From Alkanindiges illinoisensis DSM 15370 (lineage in GTDB: Bacteria > Pseudomonadota > Gammaproteobacteria > Pseudomonadales > Moraxellaceae): DNA of 32,000 nucleotides. The translations under genes and the position numbers were made by a program. The stretch's first letter is position 1; every line of letters starts with the position of its first letter. Shown piece by piece: positions 12,987 through 20,942 of the stretch. Below the pieces are notes generated by a model, which saw nothing but the letters and a program-made list of their open reading frames with translations, did no database searches and had not been told where the DNA came from. The DNA lies in the NCBI RefSeq assembly GCF_000619845.1, contig NZ_KK211037.1, positions 30,001 through 62,000 of the forward strand. Direction: 5' to 3'.

Positions 12987-15900
12987 GTGTTGCGACATAC
13001 GAAAAATAACGCATACCAAGCGACATTCTTACTTTCTACACTTGCAGCGTCTATTGTGATGGCTCAGCAGGGTTACGCGGTAACACCCGTAATTCCAGTG
13101 GCTGGTGTGGCAATCAAGAATACAGCATACGCCACCTATCTTTCGCCAGAAGGCCAAACCCGTAATACCGAATCCAATACCGTTCAGGTTGAAGTAGCAG
13201 CCCTGTACGCCATTTCGCTCACCCAGCCTGCAACCCAGGAAATAGAAGCCGGTGCCCGCGTGGTGTGGCTCAACACCCTGACCAATACCAGCAATACCCA
13301 GGCCAGCATTAATATTGAAAAACTGGTAGCCAGTGGCTTAAGCAATATCAAGATTTATGTTGATAAAAACAAGAATGGTGAGTTTGACGCCAGTGATGAA
13401 GTCCTGAGCGGTTCCATTGTACTGGATCGCCTACAATCCATTAATCTGTGGGTGGTGGCAACAGCATCAGCTAACCTGCAGGATAAGCAGCAATTAAACC
13501 TGCCCATCAAGGCTGTTGTGGTTGAAGACCCGAATGTCACTGCCACAGCAACCGACAGTCTGGTGGCTTACCTGCCAGAACTTACCGCCAGCAAAACGGT
13601 TGATCAGGAAACCTTTACGCCCGGTAGTGGCAAAAGTTATGACCTGAACTACACCCTGACCCTGGAAAACAAAGGCTCACAGGCCATTCGTCCAACCCGT
13701 GTATTTATTGACGGACAGGCGCAGGACATGGTGGTGATGATAGATTCACTGCCGGCCAACACCATTTATAAAAGTGCCCAAAGCAATAATCCCAATGCGC
13801 TGATCCTGTTTAAAACCGGTGACAACAGCTATACCCGCCAGCAGCCGGCTGACCTCAAAAGCATTAATGATGTCGTGGTGGCCTATCCTGCCATTGAAGC
13901 GCACAGCGTTGAACGGGTGCAGCTTAGTGTTAGCATGAACAACAATATTGCCAGCACCACTTTAAATAACCAGTTTGCGGTCAAATACCAACTGGCCACC
14001 GGTGAAAAAACCACCCTGTCTAATATTGCCAAAACCGTGGTATCCGGCAAGTCTGCCATTAGTAATAACACCGGCAATTACAACCAGATTCTGGCTACTG
14101 GTAGCCTAAACAAGCCCTTGTATATTTCTGCCGACAGTGCGGTGTGCAATGCCAGCCGCGCTATCAGCGATCAGGTAAAAATCCGGGTTAAATCCACAGT
14201 TACCGGAGATGTGGTTGAAGTGATTGGTGTGGAAACTGCACCCAACAGCGGCCTGTTTCACTACCAGCTGGCCACGGTTGAAAGCACCACGGCCAATCCG
14301 AATGACCAAATTCTGCAAACAGTCAAGCGGGACAAGGTGCTGGTTAGTCTGGTGAACTGTCTGGATGCCAGCGGCAACCCGACAGCAACCATTAATGATG
14401 TCAACACCAATGTGCTGATTGACCCATACGGTATTGTATTTGATGCCAAGACTGGCAAGCCGGTTGTTGGTGCCAAAGTGACCCTGATGGATGCCAGTGG
14501 CAATCCGGTAGGCAACAATGTGGCCTTTAATGTGAATGCTGAAACTGGCGAGCTGATTTCCATTCCTGCCACGCAGCTCACCAATGAACTGGGTGAGTTT
14601 ATTTATCCGCAGGTGATTGCTGGTAACTATAGCCTGCAAGTGGACACGTCCACCATTCCCGGTTCAACCAAGTACACCTTTGTCAGTGACAAAACCGTTT
14701 ATCCCAGTTTTTCTAGTGATAAAGCCGTTCATCCGCAGTGGTCGTATGGCGGCAACTTTGCCCTGAATAATGGCGACCCGGCGTTAAATATTGATATTCC
14801 AGTTGATCCGGTACTGTCCACGCCAACCTCACCGCTGTTTGTGAAGAAAACCGCCACTCACACCACTGCCGAGCTGGGTGATTTTGAAGAATACACCGTG
14901 ACCGTGGCCAACCGTGGCGAAACGGTAGCGCAGGAGGTGTCCATTAAGGATACCCTGCCACGCGGCTTTATTTATGTGGCGGGCACGGCGCGGGTTAATG
15001 GCGTTAAGGTGAGTGATCCGCTGGGTGGCAAAGGCCCGTATCTGACCCTGGGCTTGGGTAATTTGGATGCCAATAAAGAAGTTAAAATCCAGTACCGTGT
15101 GCAGATTGGTCCCAATGCCTTGAATGGCGATGGTATTAATCGCGTACGCGCGCGCGATGCCAGCGGCGTGGAATCCAACGAAGCTTCGGCCAAAATTGAA
15201 GTCACGCCCGGCGTACTGATGTCGGATGCATTTATTGTGGGCAAGGTCTTTATGGACTGTAACCGCAATGGCATGCAGGATGTGGGTGAGCGCGGTGTGC
15301 CCGGTATCCGCCTGTTCATGGAAGATGGCAGCTATGTCATCACTGACCGTGAAGGCAAATATGACTTTTATGGCGTGAGCGCCAAAACCCATGTGTTAAA
15401 GCTGGATCGCAGCACCCTGCCGGGCAATGCTGAAATGGTATTGCTGGGCAACCGTAATGCCGGTGATGCCGGTAGCCGTTTTGTTGACCTCAAGCGTGGC
15501 GAACTGCACCGTGCCGATTTTGCCATTGCGGATGGCGCAGGCACCTGTACCCAGCCGCTGGTTGAACAGGTTGACAAGCGCAAGGAAAAGATTGAAGAAC
15601 AAAACCTCAATCTGGAACAGGTACTGCGTGCCGACCTGTCATTAGACCCGCTGCGTTATAGCGTGGGCGATGTGCGCAGCCAGCCAGCCAGTGGCTGTAT
15701 CAGTGCGCAGGGCGTTACTGCCAACTGTAATATTGAGCTGTCCAAAGACCAGATTAAAGAGCTGCGTGCGGCACAAATTGAACCCGTCAAGGCACCAGTA
15801 CTGGTTGATCTTGAGCAGGCACTGGCTGAAGCCAATAGCAATCAACTGGCCATTTTAAACTTAAAAGACGGGCAAACCCTGCCGTATGCACAAACCACCG

Positions 15901-18900
15901 TTCAGGTGAAAGGCGTGGCTGGTGCAATGATTGAGCTATGGGTCAATGGCCAGCACATTGATGACAAGCGCATTGGCAAAAAAGCCATTCTGCCGGATTT
16001 CCAGATTGCCGGTTTTGACTATATTGGTGTAGACCTCAAGCCGGGCAGTAACCAGATTGAAGTGCGCCAGCTGGACAGCATGGGTAACCTGCGTGAACAG
16101 CAAAAGATTCAGGTGATTGCTCCGGATCAAATGAGCAAGCTGGCCTTGAGTGCACCCAGGCAGGAAGCACAGGCTAACGGTTCTGATGTGTTCAGTGCTG
16201 TGCTGAAAATTGTCGATCACAATGGCACCATGGTGGCCAGCCGTACCCCGATTACGCTGGAAAGCACCATTGGCAAGGTTGAGATCAAAGACCTGGATCC
16301 TGCTCAGCCCGGCATTCAGGTGTTTGTGGAAGGCGGCACGCTGCTGGTGCCAATTACTGCACCCAGTGAGGCGGGCGAAGGCACCTTAAACGTCACCAGT
16401 GGCATTTATAATGCCAACCTGCCAGTGCGCTTCCTGCCGGCACTGCGTCCAATGATTGCCGCCGGTATTGTCGAAGGGGCGATTTCCTTCCAGAAATTTG
16501 ATCCCAAGCAACTGAGTCAGGTGAACCGCAACGATGGCTTTGAAGAAGAGCTCAACGACATTGCATCCAGTAATGGCGGCAAAACCAACACCACGGGTCG
16601 TGCGGCATTATTTTTAAAAGGTAAGGTAAAAGGCGAATACCTGCTGACGCTGGCTTATGACTCCGACAAGGACAAAGACCAGCGCCTGTTCCGTGATATC
16701 CGTCCTGATGAATATTATCCGGTATATGGTGATGCCGCCGCCAAGGGCTTTGATGCGCAATCCACCAGCAAACTATATGTGCGGGTCGACAAGGGCCGTT
16801 CCTATGTTATGTATGGTGATTACGTTACCCGCACCGACAATGATGACGGCTTGTCTTTAGGCCAGTACAACCGCTCTTTGACTGGCGCGCGCACCAGCAT
16901 TGAAACCGATCGCACCAAAATCACTGGCTTTGTGGCGCAAACCAATGCCACCCAGATTACCAACGAACAGCGTGGCTTGGGCATTACCGGCCCGTATTCA
17001 CTGGGTCAGGTCAGCAGCGATGATGTGCTGCGCAATAGTGAAAAAGTGGAAGTGATTGTGCGTGACCGCAATAATCCGGGTCTGATCATTTCCCAGCGTA
17101 CACTGGCGCGGTTTACCGACTATGAAGTGGATACCTTCAGCAACAGTATTTATTTAAAAGAAGCCGTTTCCAGCGTTGATAGCAACTTAAATCCGGTTTA
17201 CCTGCGTATTACTGTAGAAGCCGATCAGGGCGGTGAAGAATATACCGTGGGCGGGGTGTCCGGCTCGGTAAAAGTCACCAGCAAGGTGCAAGTGGGGGGG
17301 TCTTACGTCAAGAGTGATGACCCGCTCACTGATGAGCAACTGGCCAGTGTCAATACCGTTATCAAGCTGAATGACCGTGCTAAGCTGGTGGCTGAAGTGG
17401 CCCGTAGTGAAAACACCATTGATCCAGCCAACAGCTTATCAAACATTAATGCCAGCACATCGGCCACGGGTGAGCAGTCCGGCACTGCTGGCCGCATTGA
17501 GCTGGATTACAGCATCAACAATATTGAATTGCGTGCTTACCACAATCAGGCCGACAGCGGTTTTTACAACACGGCTTCACCAATTACTGCCGGACGCAAG
17601 GAAAGTGGTATTAAGGCACAGGCACGGGTGGAAAAACTGGGCTTAACCCGTTTTGAAGCCATTCGTACCGAAGACCAGGCCAATCAGGGCGTGCGTCAGG
17701 GCATTTCCGCCAGTGTGGAACGTGCCTTGAACCGCCTGATGTCACTGGAACTAGGTGTGCGCTATTACGAAGAAACCGTGAGCGCTGCTAGTGCCACCAG
17801 CCAGCAGGTAACCCCGTATGATGGCACCACAGTACGCGCCAAGCTAAACAGTGCGCTGCCCTGGGAAGGCTCCAATGCCTTTATTGAATACGAGCAGGAT
17901 ATCAGTGATGCGGATCGCCGGATTTTTGCGCTGGGTGGCAATTACCAGATTAGTCCAAAAGCCCGCCTGTATGCCCGTCAGGAAATTATTTCCAGCATCA
18001 ATGGCCTGTATGAACTAAACGATACCCAGCGCCGCAACACCACCGTGGTGGGGATTGACAGCAATTACAGTCAGGATGGTTCGGTGTTTAGTGAATACCG
18101 GGTACGTGATGGCATCAGTGCGCGTGAAGCCGAAGCGGCGATTGGAACCCGCAACCGCTGGCAAGTGGCCAAAGGAATTTATGCCAACACCAGTCTGGAA
18201 AAAGTCAAGGCGATTGCTGGTACTGACAACCAGTCACTGGACAGCACGGCAGCCTCGGTTGGTCTGGAATACCTGACCAATCCGGACTGGAAAGGGGTAG
18301 CGCGTTTGGAAATGCGCTGGGCTGATCAGTCTGACACCTTGCTCAATACACTGGGTCTGGCTTACAAGCTCACCGATGATGTCACCCTGTTGACCAAAAA
18401 CGTGTTTAGCCAGATTGACAACAAGGGCGATACCACCGGCGATCGTGTAATTGACCGCTTTCAGGTTGGTGCAGCCTACCGTGACTTTGACCAGAACCGC
18501 TTTGATGCGCTGACCAAGCTGGAATACCGTTATGAAAATGACGAAACCAACCTGTCCAGCCCATATCTGCGCAATGTGTATATTTTGTCCAACCATGCCA
18601 ACTTTCACCCGAATCGCAAAACCACGCTGTCTGGTCAGTATGCAGTGAAGTATGTCAAGGCAGACTTTGAAGGCATCAAGTCCACAGGTGCTACCCAGTT
18701 GCTGAGTGGCCGTGCCATGTATGACATCAGCGAGCGCTGGGATGCAGGCATTAATGCCGGCCTGCTGTGGAGCGATGCCAGCGAAGGCCGTCGCCTGCTG
18801 CTGGGCGGTGAAGTCGGCTATTTGTTGGCCGCCAATTTATGGCTGTCTGCCGGTTATAACTTCTCCGGCTACAAGGACAAGGATCTGGCAGATAGCAGCA

Positions 18901-19013
18901 CCACTATTCAGGGGCCTTATTTACGCTTCCGCTTCAAGTTTGATGAAGACCTGCTGAACTTTGATCACAGCAATGTCAACAAATCGCAGGAGCCAGACGA
19001 TGCAGGCCATTAA
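12987..19013 (+). CDS. 2008-aa outer-membrane protein and candidate fibre anchor or pore. Domains in order: signal peptide, orphan DUF11 strand, Ig-like/DUF11/CnaB-like/SdrD-B/Big-like domains, ~830-aa C-terminal beta-barrel-like region.
   Basis: GTG start at 12987 with AAGG 9 nt upstream; TTG at 12990 is an alternative. Signal peptide MLRHTKNNAYQATFLLSTLAASIVMAQQGYA/VTP. DUF11 unit LFVKKTA..YTVTVANRGETVAQEVSIKDTLPRGF..KIQYRVQIG..SNEASAKIEVT. SdrD-B-like GKVFMDCNRNGMQDVGERGVPGIRLFMEDGSYVITDREGKYDFYGV. Prealbumin/CnaB-like DPYGIVFDAKTGKPVVGAKVTLMDASGNPV. Big_1-like ANGSDVFSAVLKIVDHNGTMV. From ~nt 16440 the sequence shows alternating amphipathic strand pairs with aromatic and G/N/D/S turns (e.g. 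RIELDYSINNIELRAYHN, RFQVGAAYRDF..LTKLEYRYEN, LLLGGEVGYLLAANLWLSAGYNF). This region ends in the beta-signal-like GPYLRFRFKF at 18915-18941. Confidence 0.9.
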   Translation: MLRHTKNNAYQATFLLSTLAASIVMAQQGYAVTPVIPVAGVAIKNTAYATYLSPEGQTRNTESNTVQVEVAALYAISLTQPATQEIEAGARVVWLNTLTNTSNTQASINIEKLVASGLSNIKIYVDKNKNGEFDASDEVLSGSIVLDRLQSINLWVVATASANLQDKQQLNLPIKAVVVEDPNVTATATDSLVAYLPELTASKTVDQETFTPGSGKSYDLNYTLTLENKGSQAIRPTRVFIDGQAQDMVVMIDSLPANTIYKSAQSNNPNALILFKTGDNSYTRQQPADLKSINDVVVAYPAIEAHSVERVQLSVSMNNNIASTTLNNQFAVKYQLATGEKTTLSNIAKTVVSGKSAISNNTGNYNQILATGSLNKPLYISADSAVCNASRAISDQVKIRVKSTVTGDVVEVIGVETAPNSGLFHYQLATVESTTANPNDQILQTVKRDKVLVSLVNCLDASGNPTATINDVNTNVLIDPYGIVFDAKTGKPVVGAKVTLMDASGNPVGNNVAFNVNAETGELISIPATQLTNELGEFIYPQVIAGNYSLQVDTSTIPGSTKYTFVSDKTVYPSFSSDKAVHPQWSYGGNFALNNGDPALNIDIPVDPVLSTPTSPLFVKKTATHTTAELGDFEEYTVTVANRGETVAQEVSIKDTLPRGFIYVAGTARVNGVKVSDPLGGKGPYLTLGLGNLDANKEVKIQYRVQIGPNALNGDGINRVRARDASGVESNEASAKIEVTPGVLMSDAFIVGKVFMDCNRNGMQDVGERGVPGIRLFMEDGSYVITDREGKYDFYGVSAKTHVLKLDRSTLPGNAEMVLLGNRNAGDAGSRFVDLKRGELHRADFAIADGAGTCTQPLVEQVDKRKEKIEEQNLNLEQVLRADLSLDPLRYSVGDVRSQPASGCISAQGVTANCNIELSKDQIKELRAAQIEPVKAPVLVDLEQALAEANSNQLAILNLKDGQTLPYAQTTVQVKGVAGAMIELWVNGQHIDDKRIGKKAILPDFQIAGFDYIGVDLKPGSNQIEVRQLDSMGNLREQQKIQVIAPDQMSKLALSAPRQEAQANGSDVFSAVLKIVDHNGTMVASRTPITLESTIGKVEIKDLDPAQPGIQVFVEGGTLLVPITAPSEAGEGTLNVTSGIYNANLPVRFLPALRPMIAAGIVEGAISFQKFDPKQLSQVNRNDGFEEELNDIASSNGGKTNTTGRAALFLKGKVKGEYLLTLAYDSDKDKDQRLFRDIRPDEYYPVYGDAAAKGFDAQSTSKLYVRVDKGRSYVMYGDYVTRTDNDDGLSLGQYNRSLTGARTSIETDRTKITGFVAQTNATQITNEQRGLGITGPYSLGQVSSDDVLRNSEKVEVIVRDRNNPGLIISQRTLARFTDYEVDTFSNSIYLKEAVSSVDSNLNPVYLRITVEADQGGEEYTVGGVSGSVKVTSKVQVGGSYVKSDDPLTDEQLASVNTVIKLNDRAKLVAEVARSENTIDPANSLSNINASTSATGEQSGTAGRIELDYSINNIELRAYHNQADSGFYNTASPITAGRKESGIKAQARVEKLGLTRFEAIRTEDQANQGVRQGISASVERALNRLMSLELGVRYYEETVSAASATSQQVTPYDGTTVRAKLNSALPWEGSNAFIEYEQDISDADRRIFALGGNYQISPKARLYARQEIISSINGLYELNDTQRRNTTVVGIDSNYSQDGSVFSEYRVRDGISAREAEAAIGTRNRWQVAKGIYANTSLEKVKAIAGTDNQSLDSTAASVGLEYLTNPDWKGVARLEMRWADQSDTLLNTLGLAYKLTDDVTLLTKNVFSQIDNKGDTTGDRVIDRFQVGAAYRDFDQNRFDALTKLEYRYENDETNLSSPYLRNVYILSNHANFHPNRKTTLSGQYAVKYVKADFEGIKSTGATQLLSGRAMYDISERWDAGINAGLLWSDASEGRRLLLGGEVGYLLAANLWLSAGYNFSGYKDKDLADSSTTIQGPYLRFRFKFDEDLLNFDHSNVNKSQEPDDAGH

Positions 19014-20148
19014 GTTAAAACTGGCGCTGGCAGCCTGTCTGGTCAGCGGTTTGGCATTGGCCATGCCTGCCATGAGCCAGCCTGTAGCCAATCAGTCTGA
19101 TAACCCGCTGGAACAAAATAGCGTGGCGGCGTTACAACAGCGGGTTCAGCCATTTTTGCAAAGTAATGATGTGCTAACTCAGTACCATGCCCAAAAAGCG
19201 CAAATGTGGCTGACTTATGCGGCCAACCAACACAGTGAGGGCAGCTCCACGGCGGCTGAACAGCAGGCACAGGCGCAAGCCTTACAACTCATTGAACAGT
19301 TGGAACAACAGCAGCCTGTTTCTACTACCACGCCAGTGATTCAGGCTTCCAAAGTCATGCGCCGCGATTTATGGGTCAATGCCGAGTTGCTTAAACAGCA
19401 AGCAGGTTTTGACTGTGCAGCCACTGAAATTGCACAGGCGGAAGTCATGCTGGTGTGGGCTGCTGCCGAACATTGTGAGCTGGGCTGGCGACATTCGCGG
19501 GAGCTGTTTGCGGCGGCTGAGCGCTTGATTGACAAGGCCAATTATCAGGCAGCCAATTGCCATGCTACGGCGCAATCACTGGCCGCCCAGCCCTTACCAG
19601 CATGGAACAAGGCTAATTATCCCAGTCTTGAGCAGTTAAATGGCCCTGAAAAAGGCTGTCATGGTGTGGTTGGCCCATGGCCATTGGTGAGTGCCACAAC
19701 AGTTGCGCCAGTAGTTTCCCAGCCTGTTAATCCAGTAGCTGAACCAGCAACGCAGGACGTTCTACCCAACGTGGTACATTTTGCGCTGGATCAGGCCAGC
19801 TTGTCGCAAGCCTCACAGCAGGTGCTGGGTGATATTGCCACCGTGCTGGGCAAAAATAGCAATTATTCACTGACCCTGTATGGCTATACCGATGCCCGCG
19901 GCAGTCAGGCTTATAATCTGGACTTAAGTCAGCGCCGTGCCAAAACCGTTGAAAACTTTTTAATTCAGCAGGGCGTGGATGCCAGCCGGATTGCCACGGT
20001 GGCTGCCGGTGAGCAGCAATTGATCAGCGATCCAAAAGCGGTTGTGGGTCATGCCTTAAGTCGCCGGGTAGTGCTGGTGTATGCCAGCCCGGATGGACAG
20101 GAAATTAAAACCACATCCCAGACCAGTGACTTACAGCCTGAACATTAA
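19000..20148 (+). CDS. Periplasmic OmpA-C-like (peptidoglycan-binding) protein with a Cys-containing helical N-terminal domain.
   Basis: ATG at 19000 with AGGAG 7 nt upstream; the ORF-track TTG at 18961 was rejected. The start overlaps the 3' end of the upstream gene by 14 nt. Signal peptide MQAIKLKLALAACLVSGLALAMPAMS/QP. The C-terminal OmpA-like motif is VHFALDQASL...LYGYTDARGSQAYNLDLSQRRAKTVENFLIQQGVDASRI..AGEQQ...RRVVLV. Confidence 0.85.
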   Translation: MQAIKLKLALAACLVSGLALAMPAMSQPVANQSDNPLEQNSVAALQQRVQPFLQSNDVLTQYHAQKAQMWLTYAANQHSEGSSTAAEQQAQAQALQLIEQLEQQQPVSTTTPVIQASKVMRRDLWVNAELLKQQAGFDCAATEIAQAEVMLVWAAAEHCELGWRHSRELFAAAERLIDKANYQAANCHATAQSLAAQPLPAWNKANYPSLEQLNGPEKGCHGVVGPWPLVSATTVAPVVSQPVNPVAEPATQDVLPNVVHFALDQASLSQASQQVLGDIATVLGKNSNYSLTLYGYTDARGSQAYNLDLSQRRAKTVENFLIQQGVDASRIATVAAGEQQLISDPKAVVGHALSRRVVLVYASPDGQEIKTTSQTSDLQPEH

Positions 20149-20164
20149 TTCAGGCTGTTTTTTT
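20133..20164 (+). terminator. Rho-independent terminator of the adhesin/fibre cluster.
   Basis: ACAGCCTGAA-CATTAA-TTCAGGCTGT followed by a T7 run. The TAA stop of the OmpA-like gene lies in the loop. Confidence 0.85.
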
Positions 20165-20237
20165 GCCTTCAATCTTTTAGTTCAATTTTCTGGCTTGAAA
20201 TTCTGATAGCTTGTCCAGTTGTTCTCACAATTGAAAA

Positions 20238-20271
20238 TCAGGCACGTTTCTTATTGTTTTAATGTGCCTGA
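20238..20271 (-). terminator. Hairpin terminator candidate for the minus-strand 170-aa gene; possibly bidirectional.
   Basis: TCAGGCAC-18 nt-GTGCCTGA. It is followed by TTTT on the minus strand and by ATTTTT on the plus strand. The large loop lowers confidence. Confidence 0.45.
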
Positions 20272-20297
20272 ATTTTTAACTTTTTCTTTTAATAGCT

Positions 20298-20810
20298 TTA
20301 CTTGCATGCCCTGGCTTGCTGAATTACCTGTAATGCAGCCAGTTGCTGGTTAAGTTCAACCACATTTTGTGGTGCTGCGGTAGAAGTATTGGCCGCCAAT
20401 GAGTTGGCTTGCTGCGCCATTTGTCCTGCTTGCTGCACCGCCCGGACATCCACCCCTGCCAGTGCACCCACTGAGGCAAATAGTCCGCCAGCCTTGCCCA
20501 GCATGCCTGCGGTTTTGCTCACCTGATTTTCCTGCGGTACGGCCTGTAACTGCTGCGCCAGTGTATTTGTCAGGCTGTTGCTCATGGCCTGCAAGCTGGC
20601 ACAATCCAGCGCGGCATAGCTTTGCATCAGTTGTGAATGGTCAGCAGCCAGTTGCGCCGGGGCAGGCGTTACCACTGGAACATTGGCACTATTGCCACGC
20701 ACTGTATTAACCGCCTGATTGACCTTGCTCAAGGTATCCAGCAATCCGGCATGTGCCGTGGTTGAGCCTGCCAGCACGAGCGTCATGGCAGCAAGAAAAG
20801 ACTTATTCAT
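20298..20810 (-). CDS. Small secreted Q/A-rich hypothetical protein (170 aa).
   Basis: I prefer the ATG at 20810 (MNKSFLAAMTLVLAGSTTAHA/GLLD), with AGGA ~8 nt upstream; the ORF-track start at 20900 adds 30 non-signal residues. The mature part is low-complexity Q/A/N-rich with two Cys. I recognised no family. Confidence 0.6.
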   Translation of the reverse strand: MNKSFLAAMTLVLAGSTTAHAGLLDTLSKVNQAVNTVRGNSANVPVVTPAPAQLAADHSQLMQSYAALDCASLQAMSNSLTNTLAQQLQAVPQENQVSKTAGMLGKAGGLFASVGALAGVDVRAVQQAGQMAQQANSLAANTSTAAPQNVVELNQQLAALQVIQQARACK

Positions 20811-20942
20811 CGAGTTCATCCTGAACGGTTGGGTTACAAGAATGGTACGGCGCTGCCAGAAAATTGCTATCCCCTGAATAGGGGAGAAACTCGCACGCAC
20901 TATTAATTTTTATAAATTTTGCCAGCAAGCGCGCCAAAGTCT

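Noticed and set aside
12478-13026. 182-aa minus-strand ORF spanning the P4/P5 junction.
   Set aside because: It overlaps the 3' end of P4, the intercistronic hairpin and the start of P5. It has no RBS and no recognisable motif, and its composition mirrors the antisense of the T/S/N-rich genes, so it is a shadow ORF.
14106-15392. Minus-strand ORFs of 177, 107, 187 and 115 aa inside P5.
   Set aside because: They are antisense shadows of a long, motif-rich plus-strand gene. They have no independent signals or family motifs.
18961-18999. TTG start at 18961 for the OmpA-like gene (395-aa version).
   Set aside because: The ATG at 19000 has a canonical AGGAG 7 nt upstream and starts directly with a signal peptide. 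The extension MITAMSTNRRSQT adds nothing recognisable.
19000-19040. Lipobox-like LAAC at residues 10-13 of the OmpA-like protein.
   Set aside because: The hydrophobic region before the Cys is only about 5 residues and the hydrophobic core continues after it (LVSGLALAMPAMS). A type I signal peptide is more likely. I have not called it a lipoprotein.
4-20148. Classification of the cluster as a known system: chaperone-usher pilus, sortase-dependent pilus, RTX/T1SS adhesin, two-partner secretion, PEP-CTERM or T9SS cargo.
   Set aside because: There is no PapD-like chaperone and no usher-type gene. There is no LPxTG followed by a hydrophobic tail; LPTG occurs only internally, and no sortase gene is present. 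There are no GGxGxD nonapeptide repeats or ABC/MFP genes. There is no TpsB/POTRA-type partner or TPS-domain motif. There is no PEP-TM-basic C-terminus. The host looks proteobacterial rather than Bacteroidota. Absence is judged within this window only.
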